This document shows, piece by piece, positions 9,209 to 18,611 of a stretch of DNA of 64,000 bases; the stretch's first letter is position 1, and each line of letters opens with the position of its first letter. The DNA comes from Patescibacteria group bacterium. Lineage in GTDB: Bacteria; Patescibacteriota; Patescibacteriia; GWA2-46-9. Location of the stretch: positions 122,037 through 186,036 of the forward strand of contig JBAZXG010000002.1 in assembly GCA_041660005.1 (NCBI GenBank). Reading direction: 5' to 3'. The position numbers were made by a program, and so were the translations under genes. The notes under the pieces are model-generated. The model worked only from the letters and a program-made list of their open reading frames with translations, did no database searches and was not told the DNA's origin.

Positions 9209-9290
9209 AAGGAGGGTCAAACAGAACATGAGGAGGGAAGGCGGCGTTGTCACAGGGCAACGCCGTTTTTCCATGAGAGGAATTTTGTCC
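9209..9290 (+). repeat. 80-bp terminator-containing unit, copy 2 of 2
   Basis: Matches 8584..8665. Confidence 0.75.
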
Positions 9291-9662
9291 ATTTCTTTGT
9301 GCGGGCAAAGAAATGGACGAAAGAAAGCCCGCCCCGCATCGACGCTCCAGGTCGGCAGTCATTCCGAAACAAACACGGCGGCAATGAACTCGCCTTCAGC
9401 TCAAACAGCATTGCCGCTCAGTCGTGTTCGTTTCGTCTGTCTGTTCTCCCCGGTCGATGAGGGGGTGTTGCAGAGTCCAAATCCCATAGGATCGGCGTCA
9501 GAGCTTGCGATGGAAGTGAGTGCTCTAATCTTTTAGGAGACGGTCGTGGTAATGCGAACAGGGTCTGTGGCGTTTGCTAGTTGTTGATAATTTTTGACTT
9601 GCAGTTTTGCCTTTTGATTTTTGAATTACTACTTACCTGTGCAGCCCGAGGACGTTATGTTT
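9289..9662. repeat. R1 composite structured element, copy A (begins with hairpin ccatttctttg-tgcgggca-caaagaaatgg, ends ...cagcccgaggacgttatg)
   Basis: Shares modules with 30523..31007, 48861..49290, 60020..60356: the covarying stem module (c/a)atgaactcg(y)c...caaacagcat; the piece cccataggatcggcgtcagagcttgc (inverted relative to copy D); and gttgataatttttgacttgcagttttg shared with copy B. Confidence 0.8.
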
Positions 9663-9753
9663 GAAAATTTAAAACAATGTTTTTTAAGTGAACAAAAAAT
9701 GAGCACGACGGTTATCGTGCGTAAAGCTTATAGCGTATAACGTATAGCTTATT

Positions 9754-11280
9754 TTATTCCCATTCCGTCGTCGCTGGCGGTTTTGAGGTGATGTCGTAGA
9801 GAACGCGGGTTGCGCCTTTTACTTCGTTTGTTATGCGCCAGGAAAGACGTGCTAGAAAAGCGTGCGGTAATTGCGCCCAGTCTGCGGTCATGATGTCTGA
9901 AGAAGTGATGATGCGGACCACCACGGGATAAGCATAACAGCGTTCGTCCCCAGTAACACCGACTGTTTTTTGACTGAGCACCTGTGCAAAGTAGTGATAA
10001 AATTCATCTTCTTTTTTCACGCGGTGAATTTCTTGGCGCACAATTAAATCTGCTTCACGCACAATGCGCAATTTTTCTGGCGTAACCTCGCCCGCAATGC
10101 GTATGGCGAGACCCGGCCCCGGGAAGGGTTGTCGCCAAACGAGCGCCTTTGGTAGACCCAGTGATTCTCCAAGTTCGCGTACTTCGTCTTTGAAGAGGTC
10201 ACGTAGTGGCTCAATTAACTTCCATTTGATTCCTTTCGGAAGACCGCCCACATTGTGATGTGATTTAATAACGCGTGCTGTTTTACCGCTCGCGGCTCCT
10301 GCAGACTCAATGACATCTGAGTGAATAGTCCCTTGGGCGAGAAACGTTGGACGCGGGTGTATATTTTTGACGGCTCGATCAAACGTGCGAATAAATTCTT
10401 TGCCGATAATTTTTCTTTTCTGTTCCCCGAAGGTAACACCCTTAAGTTTACTTAGAAATTGTCGCTCTGCATTAATGTAACGGACGCGACAACCGAGTGT
10501 AGAGAGGATTGCGTGCACCTCATCTGGCTCGTTTTGCCGCATGAGTCCTTGGTTTACAAAAATCGCAGTCAACTGTTTTCCGATTGCGCGGCTGATGAGC
10601 GCTGCTGTTACTGTGGAGTCAACACCTCCAGAAACCGCAGCAACAACTGGTTCGTTGCCGACGGTACTTTGAATAGTTTTAATTTTTCGCTCCACAACAT
10701 TTTTAATGTCCCAGTCTTTTTTGCATTTGGCGACAATAAAAAGAAAGTTTTTTAGTAGCGTCATGCCGTAATCGGTGTGTTCAACTTCAGGGTGAAACTG
10801 AATGCCATAAAGCTTCTTTTTTTCGTTTGCAATTGCCGCGTCGGGAGAATTGTCGGTCGTCGCTATATGGGTGAATCCTAACGGCAGTTTAGTGACAATG
10901 TCACCGTGCGACATCCAAACACGCGAGCGCTCAGGAATATTTTTAAAAAGTGGTGTTGCTTTTTCTAGGCGGAGCGTCGCCGGACCGTATTCTCCCTTTT
11001 TTCCCCGTCCGACTTCTCCGCCGAGCTTATGCGCCATGAGTTGCATGCCGTAACAAACACCGAGAACAGGAATGCCGAGTTGGAAAAGCTGCTTGCTGTA
11101 GCTCGGCGCGCCGGTAGTGTAGACAGAATTTGGCCCACCTGAGAGCACAATAGCGCAGGCGTTTTTCAGTTTTGAAGTGGGTGTGGTAAAAGGAACGAGT
11201 GTCGCCTCTACTCCCAGCGAACGAATACGCCTACCAATGAGGTGGGAGTACTGTGAACCGAAGTCAATGACGTACACCAT
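9754..11280 (-). CDS. guaA: GMP synthase (glutamine-hydrolysing)
   Basis: N-terminal GATase MVYVIDFGSQYSHLIGRRIRSLG, ATP-PPase SGGVDSTV, C-terminal dimerisation domain. Confidence 0.92.
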   Translation of the reverse strand: MVYVIDFGSQYSHLIGRRIRSLGVEATLVPFTTPTSKLKNACAIVLSGGPNSVYTTGAPSYSKQLFQLGIPVLGVCYGMQLMAHKLGGEVGRGKKGEYGPATLRLEKATPLFKNIPERSRVWMSHGDIVTKLPLGFTHIATTDNSPDAAIANEKKKLYGIQFHPEVEHTDYGMTLLKNFLFIVAKCKKDWDIKNVVERKIKTIQSTVGNEPVVAAVSGGVDSTVTAALISRAIGKQLTAIFVNQGLMRQNEPDEVHAILSTLGCRVRYINAERQFLSKLKGVTFGEQKRKIIGKEFIRTFDRAVKNIHPRPTFLAQGTIHSDVIESAGAASGKTARVIKSHHNVGGLPKGIKWKLIEPLRDLFKDEVRELGESLGLPKALVWRQPFPGPGLAIRIAGEVTPEKLRIVREADLIVRQEIHRVKKEDEFYHYFAQVLSQKTVGVTGDERCYAYPVVVRIITSSDIMTADWAQLPHAFLARLSWRITNEVKGATRVLYDITSKPPATTEWE

Positions 11281-11298
11281 GGGGAGTTGAATGGTAAC

Positions 11299-12300
11299 TT
11301 ATTTGATAAACGTTGCAGCGAATGCGTTATCGATGCACGTTTTAATTTCTTGCTCAGAAAAAACTTTGTTGTTTTTTAGAAATTCTAATTCTTTTTCCAG
11401 GTTCGTTTCATACATTTCTGGGCCGTCAGTATTGATGGTCAATTTGACCCCAGCAGCAAACAGTGTGCGATATGCTTTTTTAAGCTCGGCAAGATTTTTA
11501 AATACCCCCACCTTAAGGTTTGAAGTGGGACAGGCTTCAAGAGCTATATTTTTTTCGGCGAGCAAGTTCATCAGTTTTGGATTGCGGTATGATTTGACCC
11601 CATGACCGATGCGCATAGGTTCAATTTTTTTCACCACAAATTCCATTTCTTTGAGAGATCCTTCCTCGCCCGTATGAATCGTAACCCCGAGCCCTTTCTT
11701 TTTTGCTTCTCTGAACAAGTCGACATACTGGCTCATTCTGAAAGTTTGTTTTTGTGGGCCAGCGATATCGATACCGATAATGCCTCGATGCTGGTATTTG
11801 AGCGTTTTTTGATAAATGATTTCGTTTTGTTCAAAGGTGAATTCACGATCGAGCATGAGAATGATGCCGGCGCGAACGGTCGGGTATTCGAGCAGTGCTC
11901 GTTCGAGCCCGCGGATGGCAGCATGAATAATGTGATCGAGATCGCGCTCGCCGTTACGGTTACGCTTCATGGGGTTGAAGCGAATTTCGTGGAGCACAAT
12001 GTTATGTGACCGATATGCTCCGCCAATCGTTTGATGCACAGCTGGCTCCATGGCTACTGGTGAAGATTGAATGAGCTCAGTCCAGTGGTATTTGGCGCGA
12101 TCAATCTCTTTCAAACTTTTATAATTGCGTTTGACGGTTACCATGTCTTCAAACTCCCAGTAGTTTTTCGTGGGAAGACGAATCCCTTGGTCATGCGCGA
12201 GCGTCCAAAGTACAGCCGCATCTACTGCGCCCCCCATGTGCGTGTGCAGTTCAGCCAAAGGAATTCTTTTTGCGGTTGGTAAATGTTGTTCGTTTGGCAT
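11299..12300 (-). CDS. add: adenosine deaminase family protein
   Basis: LAELHTHMGGAV metal-binding motif and C-terminal INTDGP motif. The start is set at MPNEQHL (12300), immediately after the guaB stop; the 128-aa upstream extension of the listed ORF overlaps guaB out of frame and is rejected. Confidence 0.7.
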   Translation of the reverse strand: MPNEQHLPTAKRIPLAELHTHMGGAVDAAVLWTLAHDQGIRLPTKNYWEFEDMVTVKRNYKSLKEIDRAKYHWTELIQSSPVAMEPAVHQTIGGAYRSHNIVLHEIRFNPMKRNRNGERDLDHIIHAAIRGLERALLEYPTVRAGIILMLDREFTFEQNEIIYQKTLKYQHRGIIGIDIAGPQKQTFRMSQYVDLFREAKKKGLGVTIHTGEEGSLKEMEFVVKKIEPMRIGHGVKSYRNPKLMNLLAEKNIALEACPTSNLKVGVFKNLAELKKAYRTLFAAGVKLTINTDGPEMYETNLEKELEFLKNNKVFSEQEIKTCIDNAFAATFIK

Positions 12301-12301
12301 A

Positions 12302-13360
12302 CTAAGCAGTATAGTTTGGCGCCTGTCGTTCGATAATAATTGAGTGTGGATGACTTTCGGCTCGTCCTGCAGGCGTGATACGTATGAAGCGGGCTTTTTT
12401 CTGGAGCTCAGGAATCGTTTTTGCGCCGCAGTACCCCATGCCAGATTTGAGACCACCGGCGATATGGAAAAGGATGTCGGAAACGCCGCCCTTGAAGGGG
12501 ACAATGCCTTCAACTCCTTCTGGCACATATTTCGCGGCACCCTTTTGCCCATAGCGGTCTGAGCTCTGGCCGTTTTGCATAGCACCCAAAGAGCCCATGC
12601 CGCGGTAGCGTTTGAATTGTTTCTTATTGATAGTAATAACATCTCCAGGTGCTTCACTTGAACCGGCGAGCATGGAGCCAAGCATGACTACCGAGGCGCC
12701 AGCGGCCAGCGCCTTGACGACATCACCAGAATAACGAATGCCGCCATCTGCGATTACTGGAATGTTTTTCTTTTTGGCGACCGCGGTGATCTCCATAATG
12801 GCCGTGAGTTGTGGAACACCCACACCAGCAACAATGCGGGTGGTGCAAATAGCACCTGGTCCGACGCCAACTTTCAGCGCATCGGCGTAGGGGAGAAATG
12901 CTTTGGCTGCTGCGGCCGTTGCAATGTTACCGATGATCAATTCAGCTCGCAGTTTTCGTCTAAAAATTTTCATGCTCTGAATAACATCTGGTTTGTGAAC
13001 ATGTGCTGCGTCAACAGCAATAACGTCAACCCCCGCTTTGTCGAGCGCGAGCGCCCGTTCGAGATCATGCGGCCCGACAGCAGCACCAACGCGTGCCTTC
13101 TTTTTTTTCACTGCCTGCACCATTGTAACCTGTTCGGCAGTTGTGCAGTTTCTGTGCAGGATTCCTAGCCCGCCGATGGCATCCAAAGCTATTGCCATCC
13201 GGCTTTCGGTGATTGTATCCATGGCTGCAGAAATAATAGGCAAAGCAAGACGCAGCTTTTTTGTAAGCCGCGTTTCAATGCTCGCCTCTCGTGGATTAAT
13301 GTTCGAGAGCTGAGGAACCAGGAGGACGTCGTCGAAGGTGATACCTAAAGGAATGTCCAT
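12302..13360 (-). CDS. guaB: IMP dehydrogenase / GMP reductase family protein (short form without CBS pair)
   Basis: TIM-barrel IMPDH motifs [23 protein letters not shown]; 352 aa. Confidence 0.8.
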   Translation of the reverse strand: MDIPLGITFDDVLLVPQLSNINPREASIETRLTKKLRLALPIISAAMDTITESRMAIALDAIGGLGILHRNCTTAEQVTMVQAVKKKKARVGAAVGPHDLERALALDKAGVDVIAVDAAHVHKPDVIQSMKIFRRKLRAELIIGNIATAAAAKAFLPYADALKVGVGPGAICTTRIVAGVGVPQLTAIMEITAVAKKKNIPVIADGGIRYSGDVVKALAAGASVVMLGSMLAGSSEAPGDVITINKKQFKRYRGMGSLGAMQNGQSSDRYGQKGAAKYVPEGVEGIVPFKGGVSDILFHIAGGLKSGMGYCGAKTIPELQKKARFIRITPAGRAESHPHSIIIERQAPNYTA

Positions 13361-13425
13361 AGTGATAATGTATGGGCGTAGTATATATGAAAACCGGCTG
13401 TTCGCACAGCCGGTTTTCGACTCGT

Positions 13426-14661
13426 TTATCCTATAGGGGACCCAGTAGCGTAGCTATTGAGATGCTCCGTCGAAACCGTAACAATTTCGGACCAGCTATA
13501 ATCAAGTGCGTTAAAGACGTCTGCCGACAGGAATAGTCGTTTCTGGTTGTCTTGCAGTAAATAGATTCCCGGGTCTTTGTCAGTTTTTATCAGATTCGCG
13601 TTCGGATAGGCGTTGATATCAAGTGCGTCAACGACGGCAACATTGCCCCATTGATTCTGTGGGTATGAAACAAACGCAGTTGGCGATGGCATGTTAATTT
13701 TTAACCACTGTCGCTCCTTACGTGTGTAGATGAAGTAAATCGTAGCGTCTTCAGGCGTGCGTACGAGACGTGATTCTGGATAACGGTCGAGCGTTGTTTG
13801 CGATACTGTTTTAATTTGGTTGTAGTGGTAGTCGTATTTCTCGAAAGCTGTTGGACTTGTGATGTAGTGTCGGTATCCGTTGGCATAAATAGCATAGACC
13901 GCAGGACTCTCCGCTGTTTTAAACAATGCTACAGCTGGTGTGTAGCCAGTAGTACTTGCACCAAGAACGGTACCGTGTGTGGTGCTGTCATTATTCGTAC
14001 CAGAGCCTGCGGGCGGCGTTGGTGCGCCAGTTAGTGGCACGTCATCAACGGAGCAGCCTGGTGGGAGAGGTGCGTAATAAAGTGAAGTTGGCGCGTCAAA
14101 CTTAAACACTGAGTACGGTCGTGATCGCTCTGCAAAGTAAATATTGAGTTCATGAACACCCTCTGTCAGAGAGACATCTTTTGTTCCATTTGCGCCCCGG
14201 TAAGAGTTGCCGAGGTTGATGAGTAAATTACCGTCGATGTAGAGCCAGGCGTCGTTGTTCGCAGTAACTTTAAACGTATACGTTCCTGTTGTCGGCACCA
14301 CGATGCCTGATCGCCAGTGGGTGGCGAAGTGAAATGGATCGCCAGCTTTGCCGGTGTTAACCGGCATAAAGTTATCGCCAAAGTTTATATTTTGGTCAAC
14401 GCGTGAAAATACAAAATAGTCCTTGCCGTACCAGTAGTTATTTGGACCTTCTTCAGTTGTGTAGGCATAGATATTTCCTTGTATACCCGGATCGCTTTCT
14501 GCCATGTTGTAGTACTGACCATAGAAACCTTTTTCGTGCTGAACAATATTTTTGTCGCAGACCGGTGTCGTTTCCGCGCGCACGGTCATACCGCTCGCGA
14601 GTGTTGCGAGGAGAGTAATGCCAATGAAAATTCGCCCGCAGGCGTTACTGCGCTTATACAT
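13426..14661 (-). CDS. secreted protein with PA14-like domain
   Basis: N-terminal signal peptide (MYKRSNACGRIFIGITLLATLASGMTVRA); central region with PA14-like beta-barrel signature (GTYTFKVTANNDAWLYIDGNLL). Confidence 0.55.
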   Translation of the reverse strand: MYKRSNACGRIFIGITLLATLASGMTVRAETTPVCDKNIVQHEKGFYGQYYNMAESDPGIQGNIYAYTTEEGPNNYWYGKDYFVFSRVDQNINFGDNFMPVNTGKAGDPFHFATHWRSGIVVPTTGTYTFKVTANNDAWLYIDGNLLINLGNSYRGANGTKDVSLTEGVHELNIYFAERSRPYSVFKFDAPTSLYYAPLPPGCSVDDVPLTGAPTPPAGSGTNNDSTTHGTVLGASTTGYTPAVALFKTAESPAVYAIYANGYRHYITSPTAFEKYDYHYNQIKTVSQTTLDRYPESRLVRTPEDATIYFIYTRKERQWLKINMPSPTAFVSYPQNQWGNVAVVDALDINAYPNANLIKTDKDPGIYLLQDNQKRLFLSADVFNALDYSWSEIVTVSTEHLNSYATGSPIG

Positions 14662-14998
14662 AGCAAAAAATTAGACGGTTCATTACGTAAAAAATTACGT
14701 AATCGAGTAAGATAGCAGGTTTCGGCCGTTCTGTCAACCGTAGCGGCGAGGACATCCCTCGTCAGTTGATACAAGGGTAAGTGTTTTAGATAAGTAATGA
14801 CGGGGTGAACTGAAGATTTCTGGTGAGGAAAATCTGAAGCAAAATTCCCTCATGGGGTAGCGCAGGAGTTTGCGCCTGAGCTATTGCAGGGGCATACCCT
14901 ATGCTCAATATTGAAATGAGCGTAAGGAGAATAAATTTTTCAGAGCGTAAACCTTTCTTCTCTAAAAAGAATGACACCACTAGCTTATTTAAGTCATT

Positions 14999-16519
14999 TT
15001 AGCTCGGTTGCTGATAATCTTTGTATTGTTCAAGCTCAGGATTTTTTGAGTTAAGAATTTTATCCGCTGTCATGCGGGATATGTTAAGCGATTGCCACTT
15101 CGAAAAATAGTGAGAGTCGCCATTGTTAGCACGGAGGTATAACTCACGAGCGAATCCTTTTCTCAAGTCCTCGTTCGGTATGTTTAACACCTTGATCGTA
15201 TCGGGTATAGCATCACTTGAGAGGCGGCTCAAGTAGTAAATATCAAGTTTCCCGGTGGTAACGAACCGCTCAATATTACGACGCGCGATAAATGCATCTG
15301 GATTAAGAAAGTTTATGGCCGCCAGAAACAAAGCAATTGCAGTGAAAACATGAAAAGCAAAAGTGTTTTCTCTTTTATCTTTATAGATTTTATAGAGCAA
15401 TAAACAAAAGATAATCGCTAACAAAATAATAAATGAATGGCTATACAATCGTAGGGTTGTAAAGCCGTAGGCTTCCTCGTAGAACGATAAGCGCATAAAA
15501 GCAGACGCCATGGTTAAAATTACCTGGATTACCAGCGCGGTGCTTAGTATCTTGAACCCCAGTGTGTGCCCAGTGTCTTTTTTCTTGGCAATGTATTTTT
15601 CAGTGGTGAGAAGCAACAACAGAGAGATCATTGCTACTGCTATAAGTTCAAAAAAGCCGCGTCGTGCATACTCGGCATAGGTAAAGCCCTGAGAAGAAAT
15701 GTTGCTTTCTCCACCAAAAAGGTACGTTAGTTGAACGACAATAAAAATGAAAAATAGAACGTTGACCGAACCAAGCAGGATAGAACTTTCTATATGTCCA
15801 ACGCTACGACCTGCACGAGTTAGTTGCGCAGCATTTTGCTCCCCCTTTTCTTCTCGAAAAGTGTAGGAATATGCGCCAATATAAACAAGGGTAGCGATCA
15901 AAACTAACACAGACCTTAAAATCGTTTCCGGCTTAATATTAATAGTGATTAAATCGGAAACGTATTTTTGAAAAATCAAATCCGCAGATGAGAAGAGCAA
16001 TACAAAAACAACCAGAACGGGGGTCGCCATTACAACGCCTCTCACAACCTGTGATAAAACTTTTTGTTCCTTAGATACTCCGGGTAGTGAGAATAAATTG
16101 GACAGTGTTTGGAGTAGTGGTCGAATAAAACTCAATGGTAGGAAAAATATCTTTATATAATCTCTCATCCAAAATGCTTTCATCTTCCCACCGAAAGACA
16201 CCTCGGCAATGAGAAGCAGCAACAACAATGAAGCGACCACGTTAAGGAATATAAGTAAGTAGCTGGAACGGACGAGAACCATTGCGCTGAAAAACATGAG
16301 TGGTATCAAAAGCCAATACACCTCTTTGCTCATCTGTTTCTTCAAGAAGTGTGCGATAGTAAAAAGCCCAACTACAATAAGAAAGATATAGAGCGGGAAG
16401 GCAATCCCCGGGACCTTGGCATAGAAAAAGTAATCAAAAAGCAAACCGAGGACCAAAGATACCCCGACTACTACTCCTGCTTTGGTTAAAGTATTATATT
16501 GTGAATTTTGTATATCCAT
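14999..16519 (-). CDS. polytopic integral membrane protein, unknown function
   Basis: 506 aa, at least 10 hydrophobic spans. Confidence 0.5.
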   Translation of the reverse strand: MDIQNSQYNTLTKAGVVVGVSLVLGLLFDYFFYAKVPGIAFPLYIFLIVVGLFTIAHFLKKQMSKEVYWLLIPLMFFSAMVLVRSSYLLIFLNVVASLLLLLLIAEVSFGGKMKAFWMRDYIKIFFLPLSFIRPLLQTLSNLFSLPGVSKEQKVLSQVVRGVVMATPVLVVFVLLFSSADLIFQKYVSDLITINIKPETILRSVLVLIATLVYIGAYSYTFREEKGEQNAAQLTRAGRSVGHIESSILLGSVNVLFFIFIVVQLTYLFGGESNISSQGFTYAEYARRGFFELIAVAMISLLLLLTTEKYIAKKKDTGHTLGFKILSTALVIQVILTMASAFMRLSFYEEAYGFTTLRLYSHSFIILLAIIFCLLLYKIYKDKRENTFAFHVFTAIALFLAAINFLNPDAFIARRNIERFVTTGKLDIYYLSRLSSDAIPDTIKVLNIPNEDLRKGFARELYLRANNGDSHYFSKWQSLNISRMTADKILNSKNPELEQYKDYQQPS

Positions 16520-16692
16520 AAAATGTAATTAACGAACATCTCACCAAGCTACCCTCAAGGGCTTTTGCTCGCTTTCGCACGGAATAATTTTTGAACGACC
16601 TTGACGGAGGGAAAATCCGCCGCCGTTCCACTATGGCGGACAGCCTTTACTCAAAATGTCTGGCGTTAGCCAGCCGTAACTTTAGTGAAGGC

Positions 16693-16769
16693 TGGTGCCC
16701 TCGGCAGGAATCGAACCTGCAACCTTATGGGTAGAAACCATACGCTCTATCCAATTGAGCTACGAGGGC
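16693..16769 (-). tRNA. tRNA-Arg (anticodon UCU)
   Basis: Minus-strand cloverleaf GCCCUCG...CGAGGGC-A-CCA, D arm GCUC-AAUUGGAUA-GAGC, anticodon stem UAUGG/CCAUA loop UUUCUAC, T arm GCAGG-UUCGAUU-CCUGC. Confidence 0.85.
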
Positions 16770-16917
16770 ATATTTAGCGAACTATTTTAACGGAACGGTC
16801 ACTGCATTGAGCCCCGATGTTGCAATCGGGGCCCCGACACGAAACCGTCGTCGGGGCTACGAGGGCGCACGGCGGGAAGTATATAGGAATAGCAGAGGAA
16901 TACCAGTCTAATGAGCT

Positions 16918-17035
16918 ATTATTTATTTTTGCCAATACCTCGTCGGCTTGCCGCGAAGATGTCATATACTGAGGCAAAAATATCCCTCGTAGCCGAGTTT
17001 GACTCGGCGAAGTGGGATTACCTAGTTTTCCCGTG
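16918..17035. repeat. R2 structured element, copy 1 (atttttgcc...cctcgtcggcttgccgcgagg...ggcaaaaat...gcgaagtgggattacct)
   Basis: Same element at 30231..30390 and 47963..48054; nested inverted repeats (9-bp outer stem, inner hairpin CCTCG(T)CGG-CTTG-CCGCGAGG). Confidence 0.8.
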
Positions 17036-17983
17036 AAACTGTTCGTGAACGTGACGCAGCTGTTGGTCGGTGAGGTGCGTGTAAATTTGCGTTGTGGTTA
17101 CTGAAGCGTGACCAAGAAGACTCTGCACTGACCGAAGATCAGCACCGTTAATAAGAAGGTCAGTGGCGAACGAGTGGCGGAGCGTATGCGGGCTCACTTT
17201 TTTTGTGATGCCGGCAACCTTGGCGTAGCGGCTGACGATGCGTTCAATACTGCGTGGTGTTAGTGGTGCGCCGCCCTCTTTGCGCTCGCGTTCCGTTTGT
17301 TTTGTCTTGGCGCGATCGTGGCGAATAAAAAGATAGGGCGAGGCGTCATGTCGCGCTTCAATATAAGAGCGAAGCAGCGCACGAGCGTCAGAAGAAAGAA
17401 ATACCACGCGCACCTTGCTACCCTTACCACGAACGCTGAATTCGGTGAGTGTATGCGCTTTGGTGTCGCGCAGGTTCACTTGGTCAATTTTTAAGTTTGC
17501 CAACTCAGAGACGCGCAGACCAGTTGAAAATGTTGATGCCAGCATCGCTTGGTCGCGTAGCATGAGAATTTTGGGCTGCTTCACGAGCGTTGGCGCGTTA
17601 AGTAGGCGTTCTAGTTCCGTGCTACTTAGAAATTCAATGGAGCGATCTGGCATTTTCATGAGTTCAATTTTCTCTGGCGCGAGACTCGTGACATCGCGCT
17701 TCGCTAGATATTTCAAAAATGAGCGCAGAGCAATGAGATGGTAATTCTGTGTATTTTTTTTAAGCGACTCACCCCGCGCATCAGTTAAACGATTCAGCCA
17801 TAGGCGATATTGCCGTATCAGCTCCGCGGATAGGTCTTTCGCATTTTTACTGCCACGTTCCTCGGCCCAGGCAACAAACCGATCAAGGTAGAAACTATAA
17901 TTGCGAATAGTCGCCGCGCTGCGGTTTCTTTCTATTTCTAAATATTCTAAAAATTCTTTGCGATAACGTTCGAGGTCGGCCAT
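17018..17983 (-). CDS. tyrosine recombinase XerC/XerD family
   Basis: C-terminal catalytic HTLRHSFATDLL...LLGHASVTTTQIYTH; N-terminal core-binding domain; start at MADLERY. Confidence 0.85.
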   Translation of the reverse strand: MADLERYRKEFLEYLEIERNRSAATIRNYSFYLDRFVAWAEERGSKNAKDLSAELIRQYRLWLNRLTDARGESLKKNTQNYHLIALRSFLKYLAKRDVTSLAPEKIELMKMPDRSIEFLSSTELERLLNAPTLVKQPKILMLRDQAMLASTFSTGLRVSELANLKIDQVNLRDTKAHTLTEFSVRGKGSKVRVVFLSSDARALLRSYIEARHDASPYLFIRHDRAKTKQTERERKEGGAPLTPRSIERIVSRYAKVAGITKKVSPHTLRHSFATDLLINGADLRSVQSLLGHASVTTTQIYTHLTDQQLRHVHEQFHGKTR

Positions 17984-18611
17984 AGCAGTATTGTACGACA
18001 CAACAGAGTGTGTGGCTACTTTACATCGAAGATGACTTTGCGTTGATGCAGTGTTGCGTCGTGAGGAAGGAATAGTGCTGCGCGACGTGGTGTTGCTATT
18101 TTTGGCTGGCACGGTCGAGGGTTACTATTCAACACGTTATTAGGTCTATATCCTTTCACTCCTGAAGTTTACTGAAGGACATCTCCACAAGAAGAGGGCA
18201 AGAAGTTTGACCGCTCGTTTTCCGTCGCACACTACCGTGACCCATAAACCAATGGTGTTCGAGCGACATCACAAGGCTAGTATCTCTCGAAGTGAAGCCA
18301 TGATCGTGTCTGCATAAGCTGGATACAAAAAGCTGTGAATATTGAGAGAAAAAGAAAAAGACCCCCCGGCGCAGAGAAAAAATTTGCGCCGAAGGGTCGA
18401 GGTGATCGAGGATCAAGTCCTCAATTCGATCGAATGAATTGTGCTGTTACTACTGCACAAACGCGGACGCTCCTCCATAGCGTTTGTCTGTGTCGCCTTC
18501 TGCAAAACTAATATCGTAATCGAGTCGGCCGTTACGGATGCGCCAGTGGGCAGCCCCATAGAAGGATAAACCGGAGCCGCCGTAGTTACGGCGGAGGCGG
18601 AAAGACCACAC

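Noticed and set aside
9228-9536. ORFs and peptide-like translations running through R1 copies (e.g. 9228..9536, 60165..60356, 60177..60386)
   Set aside because: Translations of the shared modules are not conserved in frame or strand between copies. Similarity is at nucleotide level with covarying stems, so these are treated as non-coding.
12301-12681. 128-aa N-terminal extension of the adenosine-deaminase ORF (listed as 11299..12681)
   Set aside because: It overlaps guaB out of frame. The catalytic domain begins at MPNEQHL (12300), one nucleotide after the guaB stop, giving a tidy guaB-add operon.
16774-16977. Minus-strand ORFs MPQYMTSSRQADEVLAKI... overlapping R2 copies (also 47955..48215)
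   Set aside because: They exist only because the repeat is duplicated. One is truncated differently in each copy and they lack an RBS. Treated as artefacts of the repeat.
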